In this document: piece by piece, positions 18,139 through 26,736 of the stretch
Numbering within the stretch: position 1 is the stretch's first letter
Layout of the letters: each line of letters opens with the position of its first letter
Origin: Prevotella sp.
GTDB taxonomy: Bacteria > Bacteroidota > Bacteroidia > Bacteroidales > Bacteroidaceae
Length of the DNA stretch: 64,000 nucleotides
NCBI GenBank assembly: GCA_017412705.1
Contig: JAFPWS010000013.1
Location: 1,706 to 65,705 of the forward strand
Direction: 5' to 3'
Notes under the pieces: generated by a model
The model's input: the letters and a program-made list of their open reading frames with translations, nothing else
Told to the model about the DNA's origin: nothing
Database searches by the model: none
Made by a program: the position numbers and the translations under genes

Positions 18139-18999
18139 ATGGCAGACAACAAAGGCGAAATAATCATGTACCAGCCAGACGAGACCATCCGGCTCGAAGT
18201 GCGTATGGGCGAGGAAACAGTATGGCTAACGCAGCAGCAAATGGCAGAACTGTTTGACAAAGACAGAACTGTCATAGGCCGTCATATCCGCAATATCTAC
18301 AAGGAGGAGGAACTGGAGCAGAATATCACATGTGCAAAATTTGCACATATGGGTTCCGATGGTGATCAGGAGTATGAATATACGGCCTACAACCTTGATG
18401 TCATCATCTCTGTCGGCTATCGTGTGAAATCAAAACGTGGTACAAAGTTCCGCCAATGGGCCAATAAGGTCTTGAAGGAATACTTGCTGCGTGGATATGT
18501 GGTTAATACACGTATTGCAGCTCTTGAACAGCATGCTGCCAAGCAAGATGTTGAGATACAAGAACTGAAAAGCAAGGTGGACTTCTTTGTGCGCACCTCA
18601 CTGCCACCTGTCGAAGGCATCTTTTTTGACGGCCAGATATTTGATGCATATGCCCAAATAGTGAGCCTTATCCAGCAGGCCAAAACATCTGTAGTGCTTA
18701 TTGACAACTATATCGACGAAACAACGCTGACGATGCTCAGCCGCCGCGTTGCGGGTGTTACAGCCACTATTTTTACCCGTCCGCTGAATGCGCAGCAGCA
18801 GTTGGCCGTGCAGCGTCACAACCAGCAATACTCACCTGTCACAATCAACATCTGTCAGCATAATCATGACAGATTCCTGATTATAGATGATGACGTGTAT
18901 GTCTTTGGAGCAAGTCTGAAAGATGCTGGCAAGCGACTGTTCGCATATATCAGGATGCAAGAAACTAATGCTCAGATACTGCTAAGTGGGATAAGGTAA
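18139..18999 (+). CDS. RhuM-family protein with C-terminal HDRF domain
   Basis: ETVWLTQQQMAELF, YNLDVIISVGYRVKSKRGTKFRQWA, LIDNYID and HDRFLIID...GASLKDAGK. Confidence 0.9.
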   Translation: MADNKGEIIMYQPDETIRLEVRMGEETVWLTQQQMAELFDKDRTVIGRHIRNIYKEEELEQNITCAKFAHMGSDGDQEYEYTAYNLDVIISVGYRVKSKRGTKFRQWANKVLKEYLLRGYVVNTRIAALEQHAAKQDVEIQELKSKVDFFVRTSLPPVEGIFFDGQIFDAYAQIVSLIQQAKTSVVLIDNYIDETTLTMLSRRVAGVTATIFTRPLNAQQQLAVQRHNQQYSPVTINICQHNHDRFLIIDDDVYVFGASLKDAGKRLFAYIRMQETNAQILLSGIR

Positions 19000-19412
19000 C
19001 GAGAGTCCCTATTTATGGTGTATTAGGAAGTTTTTACGGAAGGGAAGCGATTTTTGATTGAGGGGCTGGCACAAACGGAGATGCCAGGGGTGAGTCTAAA
19101 GCGGGCTTTGGAACTTGACAAACGGCGTTCTTCAAAGAAATCGGGTGATTTTATGTGTCAGGCATGATTTTTTGCTCAATAGAGGCCAAAATGTGCTAGA
19201 TAATATGCAATTCTGAATTCTTGCGTCTCGATGGTAGCAAGCGAGCAGAGTTCGAGCGCGTCGAAGTTACTTTCGTGACGGATTGGTACTCGTTTTTCTT
19301 ATATTTGATAAAAAGATGCAGAATTATTTGGAACTTTCGGAATTAGTTTGTATTTTTGCCGTCGAATAGGTGGCATAATGCCATCATAATAGACAAAAGA
19401 AAGGTCTGAATT

Positions 19413-19721
19413 ATGGCACAGTCGGCAGTAACAGTAAGAATAGACTCGGAGATGAAGTCGCAGTTTGATGAACTCTGCGAGCAGTTTGGCATGAGTGCCA
19501 ACACGGCGTTCAACATCTTTGTGAAGGCAGTCATCAGAAGTCGCAGCATCCCGTTTACCATCAGGGGTGCAAGGTTGGACCAGCCCAGTGCGCTTGACTT
19601 GTTTATGGAGCAACGTAAGGCTGCGGAGGCCAGCCAGGAGCCAGAGATGACACTGGACGAAATCAATGCGGAGATTCGTGCCGCAAGGGAAGAGCGACGT
19701 AAAAAGAAACAGACGGTATGA
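19413..19721 (+). CDS. RelB/DinJ-family antitoxin
   Basis: VTVRIDSEMKSQF..LCEQFGMSANTAFNIFVKAVIRSRSIPF ribbon-helix-helix pattern and MTLDEINAEI tail. Confidence 0.9.
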   Translation: MAQSAVTVRIDSEMKSQFDELCEQFGMSANTAFNIFVKAVIRSRSIPFTIRGARLDQPSALDLFMEQRKAAEASQEPEMTLDEINAEIRAAREERRKKKQTV

Positions 19722-20115
19722 TTTACGCTGTGATAGATACCAATGTACTGGTGTGTCGGCATTGATTACACACAACCCAGAAGCCGCCACAGCCAAAGTG
19801 GTGAGGCTATTGCTGGAGCAAGAGTTTGTCCCGTTGTACGACGCTGACATCATCGCCGAGTATGAGGATGTGCTGCATCGCGTGAAGTTTCCTATTCTTA
19901 AGGAAACGGCAGATGCGCTTATATCATTCATTGTAGATAATGGTATAGAGGCATCAAGGGTCAATTTTGATGGACCGATGCCAGATGAAGATGACCGCGT
20001 GTTCTATGAAGTATCGCTTAGCCAGGAGGATTCATTTCTTGTGACAGGTAACTTGAAGCATTATCCCACGTCTCCACATGTGATTACTCCGGCAGACTTT
20101 ATAAGACGGAAATAA
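19718..20115 (+). pseudogene. PIN-domain toxin with a 2-bp frameshift
   Basis: MIYAVIDTNVLV from 19718, an extra dinucleotide in GTGTGT (19751-19756), then SALITHN...EYEDVL.R.KF...DEDDRVF...LVTGNLKHYP in another frame. Confidence 0.85.
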
Positions 20116-20367
20116 TCTCTATTCCTTCAAAAACTCAAAACTCCGCCCTTGCAAGAGCAGACTACAAAGGTGGAAGTTGTTTGACAGAGTATTACCCAAC
20201 GGCAGTTTGCCTGATACAAATAAATGTTATAAAATGGAGGGTCTTGAAGCAATTTCGCCAAATAATTCGTATCTTTGTCCCACAATTGAAACAAGTCCCG
20301 GTGGTTTCATGAACGCACTCATATTCGCTGAAGTACTTATAATTCAATAATGTATATAGTTTAACTT

Positions 20368-21288
20368 ATGAAACGGACTAAACTATGGGTGCTCGCCGCC
20401 ACCCTCATTTGCGGCGCAAGTGTGATGACGGCGTGCTCGTCGAACGACGACAACGCCACGGAGCCGATGCGGGAACGCGTCATCGCCTTCGAGGGCATCG
20501 AGAACGGGCGCGACATGGGCGGGCTGGTGATGCAGGACGGGCGCACGGTGCGCTTCGACATGCTCGTGCGCAGCGGCAACCTCGCAACGGCAACCGACGG
20601 CGACGTGGCGGTGCTGACTAACCGCTTTCAGCTTTCGGATGTATTCGACTTCCGCTTCGACGCAGAGGTCGCTGCAGCCCCCGACCGCGTAATCAGCGGT
20701 GTCACGTACACGCAGCTCTCTACACTGCCCGAGGCATTTATTGCAGCCATGTCCTCCGGCAGTTCCAGTCAGGAAGCGATAGACACTCGTGACATCGGAT
20801 CGCTCGTCATCGGCAAAGCCTTCGACCCCCTGGCGCAGGCGTTCGCCCGGCAGTTCTATCCATTCATTGTGGCCAGTGCACAGGCACAGAACTACTACGG
20901 GCAGTTCCTGCGCGGCGTGCTGGCGGCCAAGGGCGGCGTGCTGTGGCACTGCTCGCAGGGTAAGGACCGCGCCGGATGGGGCTCAGCCTTCGTGCTGGCA
21001 GCCCTCGGTGCCAGCAGGCAGGTCATCGTGGACGACTTTGATCTCAGCAACCAGAGTTATGCCGCCCGTGTGGAAGAACTGTCGGCCATGGTGCGCGACA
21101 AGGAGGGCGGCGCCGAGGCCGTGGCCTTCATCCAGGCTATGGTGGGCGTGAGCCGTGAGAACTTCGAGGCCACGCTCGACCTGATAGACCAGCAGTACGG
21201 CTCGCTGTCAACCTACATCGTGAACCAACTCGGCTTCTCCGAGGCCGAGCAGCAACAGTTGAGGGCGAAATACCTGACGGACAAGTAA
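20368..21288 (+). CDS. Protein-tyrosine phosphatase-family (Y_phosphatase3-like) lipoprotein
   Basis: Lipobox MTAC, ENGRDMGG, DFR, and P-loop HCSQGKDRAG. Confidence 0.9.
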   Translation: MKRTKLWVLAATLICGASVMTACSSNDDNATEPMRERVIAFEGIENGRDMGGLVMQDGRTVRFDMLVRSGNLATATDGDVAVLTNRFQLSDVFDFRFDAEVAAAPDRVISGVTYTQLSTLPEAFIAAMSSGSSSQEAIDTRDIGSLVIGKAFDPLAQAFARQFYPFIVASAQAQNYYGQFLRGVLAAKGGVLWHCSQGKDRAGWGSAFVLAALGASRQVIVDDFDLSNQSYAARVEELSAMVRDKEGGAEAVAFIQAMVGVSRENFEATLDLIDQQYGSLSTYIVNQLGFSEAEQQQLRAKYLTDK

Positions 21289-21332
21289 CAGACAAACAGC
21301 AAATAGACACTTCTTCATAGGAAAAATCTCAT

Positions 21333-21408
21333 TGCTCCTCCTAGCCTGCTTCTAGCCTTACTCAAAAGGCTGGTTTGAGTAAGCCAAGGAGCAGCTTAGA
21401 AGCAGGCT
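21333..21408. repeat. Nested palindromic intergenic repeat
   Basis: AGCCTGCTTCTA (21343-21354)/TAGAAGCAGGCT (21397-21408) and CTTACTCAAA (21357-21366)/TTTGAGTAAG (21374-21383). Confidence 0.75.
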
Positions 21409-21609
21409 GGAGTATGGCTACACTATGGGTAGCCCTATGGTCTAATTTTTTTCCAGAACCCTTTGCAGATTCAGAAAAAATTGCTACCTTTGCCCCATAC
21501 AAAGCCCAAAGGCAAGATTTATTCTGCCATTTTGTGACTATTTTGTTGCCAGCTTATAGTTAGCAGTGGGCTTTTGGCTTGATTATTAATAATTTAGAAA
21601 TATTCGATT

Positions 21610-23136
21610 ATGTTTGAGAACCAACCTAAAGGACTATTTGCGCTGGCCCTGGCAAATACGGGCGAACGCTTCGGCTACTACACCATGTTGGCCGTCTTTG
21701 CACTGTTTCTGAGAGCTAACTATGGACTGGATGCCGGCTGGGCAGGAGAGATTTATGGCGACTTCCTGATGCTGGTGTATTTCTTCCCCATTGTGGGAGG
21801 ATGGCTGGCTGACAGGTTCGGCTTCGGCCGTATGGTGACATGGGGCATCTTCATTATGTTTGTGGGCTATCTGCTGCTCTCCGTACCATTGGGTGGCGAC
21901 ACGTTTGCCCTCATCGTGATGTTTGCGGCCCTGATTTTCATCGGTCTGGGAACGGGTCTGTTCAAGGGTAACCTGCAGGTGATGGTGGGCGACCTGTATA
22001 ACGACCCCCAGTATGCTGACAAGCGCGACGCCGGTTTCTCCATCTTCTACATGGCCATCAACATTGGTGCGCTGTTTGCTCCTACGGCAGCAGTGAAGAT
22101 TATGGAGTGGGCCCAGCAGAACCTGGGTGTCAGCGTGAACGACTCCTACCACTTTGCCTTTGCCGTGGCGTGTGCCTCACTCATCCTCTCGATAGCCATC
22201 TATTATGCCTTCCGCTCGACGTTCATCCATGTGGAGGGTGGCACGAAGAAGGACGAGAAGACTGCCGAGGTGGCTGAGCTGTCGCCGGAAGAGACGAAGG
22301 AGCGCCTGATAGCGCTGGGACTGGTATTTGCCGTGGTCATCTTTTTCTGGATGGCATTCCACCAGAACGGTCTGTCGCTGACGTACTTTGCCGACGAGTT
22401 TACGGCACAGAGTGCCTCGGGCATCGGTGGCATGGCCTTCAACGTATGGAATCTGGTGGCCGTCATCTTCATTGTCTATGCAGGCTTCTCGCTGTTCCAG
22501 AGCAAGAGCAGCAAGACGAAGGGCATCTCGGCACTCGTCATTGTGCTGGCCATTGCCTTCCTGTGCTTCAGTTATGCCGTGCAGGAGGGTGTGGTGAAGG
22601 TGACCGCTCCTATCTTCCAGCAGTTCAACCCCTTCTATGTGGTGGCGCTGACACCGGTGTCGCTGGCGGTCTTCGGCTATCTGTCGGCAAAGGGCAAGGA
22701 GCCTTCTGCACCTCGTAAGATTGCCTACGGTATGCTGGTGGCTGGCTTGGCGTTTTGCCTCATGGCATTCTTCTCGCTGGGTCTGCCCTTGCCCCAGACG
22801 GAGCCCGGTCCTGACGGCAGTCCTGTGGCTGTGCACGTGGCTGACGTGTCGCCAAACCTGCTCATCAGCGTCTATCTGGTGCTGACGTTTGCCGAGCTGC
22901 TGCTGTCGCCAATGGGTATCTCGTTCGTGTCGAAGGTGGCTCCTCCCAAGTATAAAGGTGCCTGCATGGGTGGCTGGTTTGTGGCTACTGCCATAGGTAA
23001 CAAGCTGGTGAGCGTGAGTGCCTACCTGTGGGGCGGCCTGCCCCTGTGGGCGGTATGGAGCGTGTTCATCGTGCTCTGCCTGTTGTCGGCGGCCTTTATG
23101 TTCGCCATCATGAAGCGACTGGAGAAAGTATGCTGA
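21610..23136 (+). CDS. POT/PTR-family proton-dependent peptide transporter (MFS)
   Basis: ERFGYY, GGWLADR, FSIFYMAINIGA and ELLLSPMG motifs. Confidence 0.95.
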   Translation: MFENQPKGLFALALANTGERFGYYTMLAVFALFLRANYGLDAGWAGEIYGDFLMLVYFFPIVGGWLADRFGFGRMVTWGIFIMFVGYLLLSVPLGGDTFALIVMFAALIFIGLGTGLFKGNLQVMVGDLYNDPQYADKRDAGFSIFYMAINIGALFAPTAAVKIMEWAQQNLGVSVNDSYHFAFAVACASLILSIAIYYAFRSTFIHVEGGTKKDEKTAEVAELSPEETKERLIALGLVFAVVIFFWMAFHQNGLSLTYFADEFTAQSASGIGGMAFNVWNLVAVIFIVYAGFSLFQSKSSKTKGISALVIVLAIAFLCFSYAVQEGVVKVTAPIFQQFNPFYVVALTPVSLAVFGYLSAKGKEPSAPRKIAYGMLVAGLAFCLMAFFSLGLPLPQTEPGPDGSPVAVHVADVSPNLLISVYLVLTFAELLLSPMGISFVSKVAPPKYKGACMGGWFVATAIGNKLVSVSAYLWGGLPLWAVWSVFIVLCLLSAAFMFAIMKRLEKVC

Positions 23137-24053
23137 TACTGATACTGGCATCATGGCTGACGCTCGTGGAGCTGAACTGCGAGAATCTGTTTGACTGTCA
23201 GCACGATACTCTGAAGCAGGATACCGAGTGGTGTCCTGCTTCTTTGCGTCATTGGACACCGTCGCGCTATTGGCGCAAGCAGAACAACATTGCCCAGGAA
23301 CTGTTGTCGTGTATGGACGACGGCCTGCCTGACCTGGTGGCGCTGGTGGAGGTGGAGAACGACTCGTGTCTCCACGACTTGACGCGGCGTTCCCTGTTGC
23401 GAAAGGCCGGCTATGAGTTCCTGATGACGGAGTCGCCTGATGTGCGCGGCATTGACGTGGCCTTGATGTACCAGCCCATGACGTTCCGACCGCTGTGCTA
23501 CGACTGCCTGGAGGTAGCGCCTCTGGAAGACATGCGCCCCACACGCGACATCCTTTATGTGCAGGGCGAGACGAGGGGAGGGGACACCCTGCACGTCTTT
23601 GTGGTGCATGCCCCCAGCCGCTTTGGTGGAGAGAAGGCCACCAGACCTAACCGTCTGCTGGTGGCGGAACGACTGGTGCAGGCCGTCAGCGCATTGCCTA
23701 CAGGGGCACAGGTTGTGGTGTGTGGCGACTTCAACGATTATGCTGACTCGCCCTCCCTGCAGTATCTGGTGGGGCGGGGGCTGCACAACGTGACACACGA
23801 GGCGCCAGGGCTTTACGGACAGGCCCAGGGCACCTATCGCTATCAGGGACGCTGGCAGAGCATAGACCACGTGCTGGTGAGCGGAAGCCTGTTAGAGGGC
23901 GTTGAGCGGGTATATATAAACGATGTCCCCTTCCTGATGGAAGAGGACAAAACGTATGGTGGGGTGAAACCCTTGCGTACTTATAATGGCATGCGCTACC
24001 AGCAGGGCTTCAGTGACCATCTGCCGCTGGTGGTGCGCTTCCGACTGCGCTGA
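23130..24053 (+). CDS. Endonuclease/exonuclease/phosphatase family protein
   Basis: LNCENLFD, EVEN, GDFND, IDH and SDHLP motifs. Confidence 0.9.
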   Translation: MLILILASWLTLVELNCENLFDCQHDTLKQDTEWCPASLRHWTPSRYWRKQNNIAQELLSCMDDGLPDLVALVEVENDSCLHDLTRRSLLRKAGYEFLMTESPDVRGIDVALMYQPMTFRPLCYDCLEVAPLEDMRPTRDILYVQGETRGGDTLHVFVVHAPSRFGGEKATRPNRLLVAERLVQAVSALPTGAQVVVCGDFNDYADSPSLQYLVGRGLHNVTHEAPGLYGQAQGTYRYQGRWQSIDHVLVSGSLLEGVERVYINDVPFLMEEDKTYGGVKPLRTYNGMRYQQGFSDHLPLVVRFRLR

Positions 24054-24055
24054 GC

Positions 24056-25561
24056 TTACAGCGTGACGCCGTTCTTGAAGATAGAGATTTCGCGGTAGCC
24101 GTTCTCTTCGTTGCGGGCTTTCTCGCCAGAGGCTACTGCCAGCACCTTGTCGATGAACTCAGGAACAATCTCCTGCATGGTGCGACCTTCGACGAGCTGG
24201 CCGGCAGAGAAGTCTACCCAGTGGGGCTTGTTCTTGGCCAGCACAGGATTGGTGGCTACCTTCATGGTAGGTACGAAGGTGCCGAAGGGGGTGCCGCGAC
24301 CTGTGGTGAACAGTACGATATGACAGCCGCAAGAGGCCAGTGCGGTAGAGGCTACGAGGTCGTTGCCGGGAGCTGACAGCAGGTTGAGGCCTGCATGCTC
24401 CAGACGGTCGCCATATTCCATGACACCACTGACGGGAGCCTTGCCGCACTTCTGGGTGCAGCCCAGAGCCTTGTCCTCAAGGGTAGAGATGCCGCCGGCC
24501 TTGTTACCTGGTGAGGGATTCTCGCCTACAGGCTCGCCATGCGAGAGGAAGTAGTTCTTGAAGTTGTTTATCATCGAGACAGTTTGGTCGAACAGCTGGG
24601 GTGTCTCGCAACGGTTCATCAGGATGGTCTCAGCACCGAACATCTCAGGAACCTCTGTCAGCACGCTGGTGCCACCCTGTGCTACAAGCCAGTCGCTGAA
24701 CTCGCCAACGAGCGGGTTAGCCGTGATGCCAGAGAAGCCGTCAGAGCCACCACATTTCAGACCTACACGCAGCTTCGAGACGCTGACGTCCTGGCGCTTG
24801 TCCTGAGAAGCCTGCTTATAGAGCTCGCGCAACATCTCCATGCCAGCCTCCATCTCGTCGCCCTCGACACGCTGGGTCACCAGCAGCTTGATGCGCGACT
24901 TGTCGTAGTCGCCCAACATGGCCATGAAGTCCTCGGGCTGGTTGTTCTCGCATCCCAGGCTCAGCACCAGCACACCGCCGGCATTGGGGTGCAGACAGAT
25001 GTCGCGCAGCACCTTGCGGGTGTTCTCGTGGTCCTCGGAGAGCTGCGAGCAGCCATAGTTGTGGTGCCAGGTCCAGATGGCGTCAATGTCCTTCTCGCCT
25101 GTCTCCTGACGCAGCTGCTGGGCCAGACGCTCCGCAATGCCGTTGACACAGCCTACGGTAGGCACAATCCATATCTCGTTACGTACGCCAACGTCGCCAT
25201 TCTTGCGCACATAGCCCTTGAAGGTACGCTGCTCGTTCTTGATGTGGCTGATGTCGCTTTTGGCATCGACGGGCTGGTAGGTATACTCCAGCGTTCCAGA
25301 CAGGTTGGTCTTCAGGTTGTTCTCGTTCACCCAGTCACCAGCCTTCATGTCCTGACGGGCATGACCGATGGGGTAGCCGTACTTGATGATGTCGTCGCCC
25401 TGCTTGACGTCCTTGACGAGCACTTTGTGACCTGCGGGAGTGTCCTGATTCACTGTGATTTGCTTGCCGTCGACCTCAATGATGTCGCCCTGCTTCTTAG
25501 GGGCCAGGCATACTACGACTGAGTCGGCGGGATTGATTTTCAGAAATGTAGCTTGTTCCAT
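24056..25561 (-). CDS. uxaA: Altronate dehydratase
   Basis: SAF domain (PAGHK...IIKYG), PTVGCVN, LKCGGSDG, NPSPGNKAGG and FTTGRG. Confidence 0.93.
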   Translation of the reverse strand: MEQATFLKINPADSVVVCLAPKKQGDIIEVDGKQITVNQDTPAGHKVLVKDVKQGDDIIKYGYPIGHARQDMKAGDWVNENNLKTNLSGTLEYTYQPVDAKSDISHIKNEQRTFKGYVRKNGDVGVRNEIWIVPTVGCVNGIAERLAQQLRQETGEKDIDAIWTWHHNYGCSQLSEDHENTRKVLRDICLHPNAGGVLVLSLGCENNQPEDFMAMLGDYDKSRIKLLVTQRVEGDEMEAGMEMLRELYKQASQDKRQDVSVSKLRVGLKCGGSDGFSGITANPLVGEFSDWLVAQGGTSVLTEVPEMFGAETILMNRCETPQLFDQTVSMINNFKNYFLSHGEPVGENPSPGNKAGGISTLEDKALGCTQKCGKAPVSGVMEYGDRLEHAGLNLLSAPGNDLVASTALASCGCHIVLFTTGRGTPFGTFVPTMKVATNPVLAKNKPHWVDFSAGQLVEGRTMQEIVPEFIDKVLAVASGEKARNEENGYREISIFKNGVTL

Positions 25562-25609
25562 AATCTCGTATTTGTTTTAGTACTTAAATAAACTCTAACC
25601 TTTCAGCCG

Positions 25610-26680
25610 CTAACCGATATTCTTTCTGCGGTAGAAGTCGATGTTCTCTTTCGTCAGCAGCTCGATGGGCATGTAGTTGACAGGCTCTACGACCTTCTTG
25701 AGCACGATGGCGTTGAATAGACTCTCGATGCACTCGTAGCCCTGCATGTAGCCGTGTTGGGCAATGAGGAACGAGATGCTGCCCTGGCGTACGCAGTCGG
25801 CATTCTTCTCCACCATGTCGTAGCCCATGATCTGCACGTTTCTGCGGTTTGACTTCAGTAGGAACTCGCCTACCAGATGGGCCTTCGAGTTGAACGTGAT
25901 GCAATGGTGTATGTGGGGATGTTGCTGGAAGAAGTCCTCCAGGATGGTGTCGTAATGCTCGCGCTTCTCGTCGAGCGACAGGTTGACCTCGTGGATGGCC
26001 ACCTCGGGGAAGTGGTCCTTCATGTAGTGGCGGAATCCCGTCTCGCGATTCTCCTGCTGCTTGGAGGCCACATTGCCGCCACGCATCTGCTTCATCAGCA
26101 TGATTTCCTTCTCGCGGGGTGCCAGCATCATGAGCATGCGGGCAGCGAAATAGCCTGACGAGAAAGAGTCCTGTCCGAAGAACGATAGGGGCTTCAGGTC
26201 TGGCATGTAGGAGTCGAGTAGGATGAAGGGTACGCCCAATTCGTGCAGCTGGTCGGTGAAACGACGCGTGACATCGAGTCGTGAGGGCACAATGATGACG
26301 CCATTGGGGGCCTGCTTCAGACAGTCGTTCACGGTACGTGTGAAGGTGTCTACCGAGAAACGGTTGTAGTACATCATCTTCACCGAAATACCAAAGTCGC
26401 TGCGACGCTCACAGGCAGCCTGCGTACCTTCCTCCACCTCTTCCCAGTATGCTTCCGACTCGTGCTTGGGAATGATGCAGTAGAAGGTGTATTTCTTGTT
26501 GTATGCCAATGCAGAGGCATACATGTTGGGCTTGTAGTTCATCTCGTCGAGGGCTTTCTGAACCTTGTCCAGTGCTTTCTTCGACACGTTGGGACGATTG
26601 TGCAGCACGCGGTCGACAGTGCCTACAGACACGCCTGCGCGCAGTGCAATATCCTTTATTCTTGCTTTATCTGTTGCCAT
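25610..26680 (-). CDS. LacI-family transcriptional regulator
   Basis: IKDIALRAGVSVGTVDRVLHNR HTH plus sugar-binding domain. Confidence 0.93.
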   Translation of the reverse strand: MATDKARIKDIALRAGVSVGTVDRVLHNRPNVSKKALDKVQKALDEMNYKPNMYASALAYNKKYTFYCIIPKHESEAYWEEVEEGTQAACERRSDFGISVKMMYYNRFSVDTFTRTVNDCLKQAPNGVIIVPSRLDVTRRFTDQLHELGVPFILLDSYMPDLKPLSFFGQDSFSSGYFAARMLMMLAPREKEIMLMKQMRGGNVASKQQENRETGFRHYMKDHFPEVAIHEVNLSLDEKREHYDTILEDFFQQHPHIHHCITFNSKAHLVGEFLLKSNRRNVQIMGYDMVEKNADCVRQGSISFLIAQHGYMQGYECIESLFNAIVLKKVVEPVNYMPIELLTKENIDFYRRKNIG

Positions 26681-26736
26681 AATCTCTGCAAAGGTACGAA
26701 TAAACGGGGACAATACAAAACAAAAAGGACTATTTT

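Noticed and set aside
19666-20115. 149-aa ORF as the intact PIN toxin
   Set aside because: Its N-terminus lacks the DTN catalytic motif, which lies in another frame from ATG 19718.
20270-20340. Riboswitch in the Tyr-phosphatase leader
   Set aside because: Only a short GAAAC/GTTTC stem, with no recognisable aptamer consensus.
5795-21400. Intact prophage, ICE or integron
   Set aside because: No integrase, transposase, capsid, T4SS or att pair was recognised, only remnants.
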